64,000 nucleotides of DNA from Clostridium sp. CAG:433 (GTDB taxonomy: Bacteria > Bacillota_I > Bacilli_A > RF39 > UBA660): positions 52,660 through 116,659 of the forward strand of contig FR893564.1 of NCBI GenBank assembly GCA_000433675.1, read 5' to 3'. Below the pieces are notes generated by a model that was not told the origin of the DNA, did not search any database, and saw nothing but the letters and a program-made list of their open reading frames with translations. A program made the translations under genes and the position numbers. Shown piece after piece: positions 58,818-64,000 of this stretch; position 1 is the stretch's first letter; every line of letters starts with the position of its first letter.

Positions 58818-59408
58818 ATGGAAAATAAAACAAGCGCTATTAACATACAAGTAGATAGTAATGTAAAAAAAGAAGCAACAGACGTATTAACTGAACTTGG
58901 TTTATCAATGAGTTCTGCAATAAATTTATTTTTAAAACAAGTTGTTAAAAAAAATGGTATTCCATTTGAAATAACTAATGTATCACCTAAGAAAAAAATA
59001 CTAGATGTTGTGTGTGGATTAATTATGAAAGATGGGAAATGCTTAATTGCACAAAGAAAAAAAGAGGATCATTTATATGGTAAATGGGAATTTCCAGGTG
59101 GAAGAAGAGTAGGTCTTGAAGATGAAAAGAAAACTCTTGATAGAGCATTTACTGAAGTACTTGGAATTAATACAAAAATAAATGATTATATTACACATAG
59201 TATATGTGAATATCCAGGTCATATAGTAGACTTAAAATTATATGAATGTGATTATATAAGTGGTGATTTTAAATTAAATATTCATTCAGATTATAAATGG
59301 GTAGCAATTGAAGAACTATTAGATTATGATTTAGCAGATGCAGACGTTATCTTAACTAAATTCTTAATAAAAAAATATATAGAAGATGCTAAAGAAAATA
59401 ATAAATAA
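58818..59408 (+). CDS. RelB/DinJ antitoxin-like domain fused to MutT/NUDIX-like domain
   Basis: N-terminal INIQVDSNVKKEATDVLTELGLSMSSAINLFLKQVV (DinJ/RelB ribbon-helix-helix type); GKWEFPGGRRVGLEDEKKTLDRAFTEVLGI matches the MutT Nudix box but with RAF…EV in place of REL…EE. Confidence 0.55.
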   Translation: MENKTSAINIQVDSNVKKEATDVLTELGLSMSSAINLFLKQVVKKNGIPFEITNVSPKKKILDVVCGLIMKDGKCLIAQRKKEDHLYGKWEFPGGRRVGLEDEKKTLDRAFTEVLGINTKINDYITHSICEYPGHIVDLKLYECDYISGDFKLNIHSDYKWVAIEELLDYDLADADVILTKFLIKKYIEDAKENNK

Positions 59409-59422
59409 AGGAGTGCATAAAA

Positions 59423-59728
59423 ATGGTGGATTTTAGAAAATTACAAAAAGATGTTTATCAAAATAAAGTTGATAAAGGATTTAATACAACAGATGTAAAT
59501 AAGGAGTTTTGTTTAACATACGCAGAACTTGCAGAAGCATATGATGCTTGGCTTAAGAAAAAAGATGATGTTGGCGAAGAACTTGCAGATGTTGTTATAT
59601 TTACAATGGGATTATCAGAAATATTAGGTGTAGACTTAGAAAGTGAAATAATTAATAAAATTAATAAAAACTCTAAAAGAGTTTATAAGACTGTAGATGG
59701 AGTTTTAATGAAAGTAAAATCAGAATAA
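59423..59728 (+). CDS. MazG-like nucleotide pyrophosphohydrolase domain protein (small)
   Basis: 101 aa; LTYAELAEAYDAW…EELADVVIFTMGLSEILGVDL typical MazG/NTP-PPase helices. Confidence 0.55.
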   Translation: MVDFRKLQKDVYQNKVDKGFNTTDVNKEFCLTYAELAEAYDAWLKKKDDVGEELADVVIFTMGLSEILGVDLESEIINKINKNSKRVYKTVDGVLMKVKSE

Positions 59729-59794
59729 TATAAAATAAATTAAACAAAAAAATATAAAATATTAAAATTAGTAGAAGAATAGAGAAAAATTACT

Positions 59795-60406
59795 ATGGAT
59801 GAATTAAAATTTGATAAAATAGTTAAATCTAATTTAGAAGATATTGCAATAATTGAATATGGAATAATTGAAGGAAATAATACAATTGTTTTTATAAAAT
59901 CTGGACAAAATGGTTCAATATATGGTTATAACAATAAATATATTAAAATGGCTAAAAGATTAAATAAAAAATATAAGTGTACAGTAATATGTTCATCAAA
60001 TCCATTTGATGGAAACAATCCTCTTGATAATGCATTTACTGTAATAGAAAAATATACATCAAAGTTTGAAGATTATAAAGTGTATTATTTAGGTTTTTCA
60101 AATGGTGCATTGATAGGGGCATATTTTGGTATAAATTATCCTAAAATAAAAAGAATGTTACTTGTAAATATGCCTTTAATTTATGATATAAATTTAATAA
60201 AAAATAATCTTAATAATTTTAATAATGAAAAAATAACAATTGTATATGGATCACTTGATTATTCTATTAATTCACTTGAAAATATTAAGGATATTAAGTC
60301 AAATAGAATGGATATTAAAGTTGTTCCAAATGAAGATCATTATTTTAGTAAAGATGAAGAAGATTTTTACTCTTTACCTGAAAAATATTTGTTTTATAAA
60401 GAATAA
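59795..60406 (+). CDS. alpha/beta-hydrolase-like protein
   Basis: GFSNG (GxSxG nucleophile elbow) after beta-strand YYLGF; 203 aa. Confidence 0.45.
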   Translation: MDELKFDKIVKSNLEDIAIIEYGIIEGNNTIVFIKSGQNGSIYGYNNKYIKMAKRLNKKYKCTVICSSNPFDGNNPLDNAFTVIEKYTSKFEDYKVYYLGFSNGALIGAYFGINYPKIKRMLLVNMPLIYDINLIKNNLNNFNNEKITIVYGSLDYSINSLENIKDIKSNRMDIKVVPNEDHYFSKDEEDFYSLPEKYLFYKE

Positions 60407-60511
60407 AACTTATGAATATGAAAATAGAACCAAAAATTCTATTTTTTTAATATAAAAAATATATTCCAAAAATATTGTTTAATCATAAACTATATTGGGA
60501 GAGTAATATAT

Positions 60512-61509
60512 ATGAATAACATAAATAAGGATTTTTGTTGTGATGATTTTTCAAAGGCAAAGAAAATACTAGAAGGCGCAAATAGTTGTAAATATTGTTA
60601 TGTATTAGGTCCAACAGGACCACAAGGTGGTCCAGGCCCAATTGGTCCACAAGGAGAAATCGGTCCAAAAGGTGACATGGGTCTTCAAGGACCTAAGGGT
60701 GATAGAGGAGATATTGGTCCAACAGGACCTAAAGGAGAAAATGGACCTACTACAATTACAGTAGAATCAACTTCTTTAGCAGAAGTAACAAATACTGGAA
60801 CCAATAAGGATGTTATTTTAAATTTCAAAATACCAAAAGGCGCAACTGGTGAAATGTGCCCTAAGGGTGAAAAAGGCGATATAGGACCTAGAGGACTTCC
60901 TGGTGAAATAGGTATTAGTCAGGCTATTACAATAGATGGGACAGAAACAATAGAACCAAACGAACTTGCAGAAGTGCAAGATGATTTTGAAAGTAATATT
61001 CATCATTTGACATTCTATATACCAAAAGGAGAAAAGGGTGAAAAGGGTGATCAAGGAGAAGTGGGACCAAGAGGACCCGCAGGACCTGCCCCAGATGTTG
61101 CATATGGTGAAAGATATTTAGATTTAGAACAAGAATTAGTTTTAACAAAGGATCGAGATACAGTAGTTCCTTTAAATTTAGGGGGACCTGCATTTTTACA
61201 TATTTTGATACTGAAAACACTATTGAAATAAAACAAAATGGTTTCTATTTAATATCATATTTCTTTAGTGCATCACCTAGTGAGGACTGTAAGATAACAG
61301 CTATGGTAAAATATAATGATTTATTATTCCAGGCATGTAATGTAACAACTGACATGAAAGCAAATACTATTGGAAATATTACTAATACAATAATAGGAGC
61401 ATTAAATGATGGAGACAAGGTTACATTATGTGTAAGGTCATCAGTAAATACAACATTAACATTTGATGGAAGCACTAGCGCTAATCTAGTATTAGTAAGA
61501 ATTCACTAA
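60512..61509 (+). pseudogene. BclA-like collagen-triple-helix-repeat protein, frameshifted between collagen region and C1q/TNF-like C-terminal domain
   Basis: GPTGPQGGPGPIGPQGEIGPKGDMGLQGPKGDRGDIGPTGPKGENGP and GEKGEKGDQGEVGPRGPAGP repeats in frame A (60512..61231); C-terminal domain (…FDTENTIEIKQNGFYLISYFFSASPSEDCKITAMVKYNDLL…VRIH) continues in the -1 frame to 61509; switch region contains G5 and T5 runs. Confidence 0.5.
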
Positions 61510-61671
61510 TTAAAAGGCTTATATAATGAAATATAAGTCTTCTTTTTTTGCAATTTGATTTTGTATTTTTTTAAGCATATGATTATTGTTTTTATAATAA
61601 TCATAATATGTACCCTTGATTATTTTATTAATTAATGTTATTATAAATACGCTTTTATAAGGGGGATTTTT

Positions 61672-62694
61672 ATGGGAATAATATCTAATTTTGAAGGACA
61701 AAGTCAAATAAGAAATTTATTAAATAATGAGAATTATGATAAAGAAAAAGCGGATCAATTCTTAAAAAATAATGCTAGTATACCTATGTCTTCAGAATTA
61801 TTCTATGATACAGATAGATATATCAGAATGCAACAAAGTAAAATACAAGAAACGGATGCAGTATTTAAGTCCCCAAAATTATCACCAGAATTAAAAAAGG
61901 TTTTAATGTGTGAAAAGTTACCATTTAGAACTAAGACAAAAGATATGATAAGATATAATTTGATACAGGATTATCTAGATCGTGTCCTTTATACAACACA
62001 TTCTTCATGCATATATGATAATATAAAATATTATAATGCTGTTCCTGAAAGAAATATTCAATATGTTAGAGGTTATTTTGAATATAATGGAATAGATCTA
62101 AATAATAAAAAATCAATCGGGGATATATTTTGCAATTATGGTAATCCATATAAAGATCCAGATGGTATAAAACGCGATTTTGAAAAAATTGATAACCTTA
62201 TTGAAGATAAAAGAAATAGTGCATTAGGAAGATATGGAGAACTTGAAATATATAATATGTTAAAAGAAAATTTAAAACTAGAAGAAGAAATAAAGTGGGT
62301 TTCCAAAGATGTTGGAGATTTATTTGGCTATGATATTATAATTAGTAATGTAATGACAGGTGAAGTTAAATTAATCGAAGTTAAGACATCCTATAATAAT
62401 GGAGGCGAATTAACTTTATCTTTAAATGAATATAATAAACTACAAGAATCAATTAAAAATGGTATTGAATATGAAATGTACAAAGTTGAATATGTGAATG
62501 GTGAAAGAAAATTATTTAAAGTAACACATGATCATGATGAATATTATACTGTAGAAAATTTAATTACTGGCATCAAGAGTAATATGTTCTTTGATCAAAG
62601 TAGAATTAATCCAGAAAAAAAAGGAATATGCTTAAAACTTTCTGATTTGCCTTTAGTAGCATACTCTAATTATGTACCTAGAAAGGAACTATAA
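61672..62694 (+). CDS. hypothetical protein with C-terminal DUF3883-like (PD-(D/E)xK-fold) domain
   Basis: …KWVSKDVGDLFGYDIIISNVMTGEVKLIEVKTS… (GYDI…IEVK signature); paralog of the ORF starting at 63341. Confidence 0.45.
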   Translation: MGIISNFEGQSQIRNLLNNENYDKEKADQFLKNNASIPMSSELFYDTDRYIRMQQSKIQETDAVFKSPKLSPELKKVLMCEKLPFRTKTKDMIRYNLIQDYLDRVLYTTHSSCIYDNIKYYNAVPERNIQYVRGYFEYNGIDLNNKKSIGDIFCNYGNPYKDPDGIKRDFEKIDNLIEDKRNSALGRYGELEIYNMLKENLKLEEEIKWVSKDVGDLFGYDIIISNVMTGEVKLIEVKTSYNNGGELTLSLNEYNKLQESIKNGIEYEMYKVEYVNGERKLFKVTHDHDEYYTVENLITGIKSNMFFDQSRINPEKKGICLKLSDLPLVAYSNYVPRKEL

Positions 62695-62695
62695 T

Positions 62696-63328
62696 ATGGA
62701 AAAACAAGTATTATATCATATACATAAAATCGAGGGTAAGGATAGTACGGGTAAGTTTTGGAAAGAAAATAAAGAGATAAAAGTGGATGATAAGTTTAAA
62801 AATGGAATGCTTAAAAGATATAATGAATTTACAACTAAAACTTCAATTTTAGATGTAGATGGCAATATAATTGATAAGAATATACATGATTATTTAGCAA
62901 GAGTTTTATTTAAATTAAATAGTGGTAGAACTTTTTCAAAACAAGAACTAGAAGAAATTTTAAAATTATCATATCGTGCTTCCTATTATGGAAATATGTT
63001 TAAAAGAGAAACAGCATTAGAAAATTATAGAAAAGATAATGTTAGTACATTGCCCAGTAGATTACATACAATTTATTTAACTGATGAAAAAGGAATAGAT
63101 TATTGGGTAAATGCTTTACAAACAGATAATTATACACTATATAGAGTAGAAGCAAGTGGTGAAATATTTAAAACAAATGAACAATTAATACCAGAAGAGA
63201 TGTTAAGTTATAAAGATGTTTATGAAAGTGCATATAATTATTGGCATCCAAACTTTAAACATGTACCAGATTATACAAATGAATATTTGGTAAAAGGAAA
63301 AGTAAAAGTACTTGAAAAAATAAAATAG
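62696..63328 (+). CDS. hypothetical protein
   Basis: ATG 62696 just after stop of the upstream gene; no motif recognised. Confidence 0.4.
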   Translation: MEKQVLYHIHKIEGKDSTGKFWKENKEIKVDDKFKNGMLKRYNEFTTKTSILDVDGNIIDKNIHDYLARVLFKLNSGRTFSKQELEEILKLSYRASYYGNMFKRETALENYRKDNVSTLPSRLHTIYLTDEKGIDYWVNALQTDNYTLYRVEASGEIFKTNEQLIPEEMLSYKDVYESAYNYWHPNFKHVPDYTNEYLVKGKVKVLEKIK

Positions 63329-63340
63329 ATGAGGTAAAAC

Positions 63341-64000
63341 GTGGATAATATAGCAAAAAAAGAATGTCAAAATGATGTAATAAACTTACTTCAAGAAAAA
63401 GAATATAATGAGGATGGAGTAAGGATGTTTTTTAGAAATTTTGTCAACATAGAAGTAGAAGAACAATTAAAAGATGAAGTAAATAAATATAAAGAAAAAC
63501 AAAAAAGAAGAATAATCGATGTATATAATGCATTTAATGAAGATACTCCTAATGAAATAAAGAAAATAAAAATGGTAGAAAGATTACCATTTAGAACAGC
63601 ATTAAGAGATTATGAAAGATATTTTAAAATACAGTGCATATTATCAAAATTGTTATATAATGGTACTCATGATTTTAATGTATATAAAGTGATACCATAT
63701 TATGAAGCAATTAGTTTAGATGATATAGAAAAAATAAAAGAATATTTAGAAAATAATGGCATATATTTAAAAAATGAAAACTTTATTAAAGATAAATTAT
63801 GCAATTATGGAGAGCTATATAAAGATGAAGATGGAATAAAAAAGGATTTTGATAGATTGTCCCATCATCACGAATATATATTAAAGGAAAATTCAGATTT
63901 AATTATTAGAAGATATAGTGAATTATGTATATATAATATGCTTAAAAATAATTTAAAAAGTTATGAAGAAATAAAATGGGGTTCCAAAGATGTTTGTGAT
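63341..64000 (+). CDS. hypothetical protein, paralog of 61672..62694 (partial, runs off window end)
   Basis: GTG start with GAGGT RBS; …LPFRTALRDYERY…NYGELYKDEDGIKKDFDRL…IKWGSKDVCD is collinear with the 61672 protein. Confidence 0.45.
   Translation, partial: MDNIAKKECQNDVINLLQEKEYNEDGVRMFFRNFVNIEVEEQLKDEVNKYKEKQKRRIIDVYNAFNEDTPNEIKKIKMVERLPFRTALRDYERYFKIQCILSKLLYNGTHDFNVYKVIPYYEAISLDDIEKIKEYLENNGIYLKNENFIKDKLCNYGELYKDEDGIKKDFDRLSHHHEYILKENSDLIIRRYSELCIYNMLKNNLKSYEEIKWGSKDVCD

Noticed and set aside
60240-60455. 71-aa ORF overlapping the 3' end of the alpha/beta hydrolase gene
   Set aside because: It is an alternative frame of a supported CDS and has no independent evidence.
60818-61236. Minus-strand ORFs opposite the collagen-like gene
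   Set aside because: They are antisense to the GXX-repeat DNA. Collagen-repeat coding regions are open in several frames by composition.

Overview
This window is AT-rich (roughly 25-30% GC) and looks like a Firmicutes-type chromosome segment. It reads in the standard genetic code, since long ORFs such as an 865-aa pyruvate-phosphate dikinase are intact. Housekeeping genes are interrupted by at least two integrated mobilizable elements. Core genes I can support are: an NfeD/SPFH (stomatin-like) pair, a XerC/XerD-type recombinase, tdk-ppdK, a transglutaminase/LRR protein, an Smr-domain protein, tRNA-Thr(CGT), priA, rpsB-tsf-frr (pyrH absent between tsf and frr), rpsP plus a KH-domain protein, PFOR, a DUF1653 protein and recG. 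Element 1 (about 12186-21405) sits at the 3' end of tRNA-Thr between about 70-bp direct repeats; it carries a large serine recombinase, a MobV-type relaxase, an HExxH protein and an unusual 8x HTH-repeat protein with a sigma-like C-terminus. Element 2 (about 41952-53221) is bounded by 21-bp direct repeats downstream of recG. It carries a tyrosine integrase, a second MobV relaxase, an ATPase and an XRE regulator. Its cargo is a DpnII-like GATC restriction-modification cassette (two methyltransferases plus an endonuclease), followed by an AIPR-like abortive-infection gene, a 224-aa unknown gene and a translationally coupled 55-aa membrane peptide. To the right of element 2 lies more accessory DNA. 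This includes a Type IIG RM fusion enzyme and an uncharacterised cluster made of a TerY-like vWA protein, a 146-aa unknown protein, a DinJ/RelB-antitoxin-domain::degenerate-NUDIX fusion, a MazG-like pyrophosphohydrolase and an alpha/beta hydrolase. It also includes a BclA-like collagen-repeat gene frameshifted at homopolymers, and a paralogous gene pair with a DUF3883-like nuclease-fold C-terminus. Other notable signals are a G10 homopolymer in the spacer of a strong promoter (a candidate phase-variation switch), a three-member paralog family of HExxH (zincin-like) proteins at mobile-element-associated loci, and tandem minus-strand paralogs beside a large repetitive secreted protein. I found no rRNA genes and no CRISPR array. 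All calls rest on reading motifs by eye; no database searches were run.
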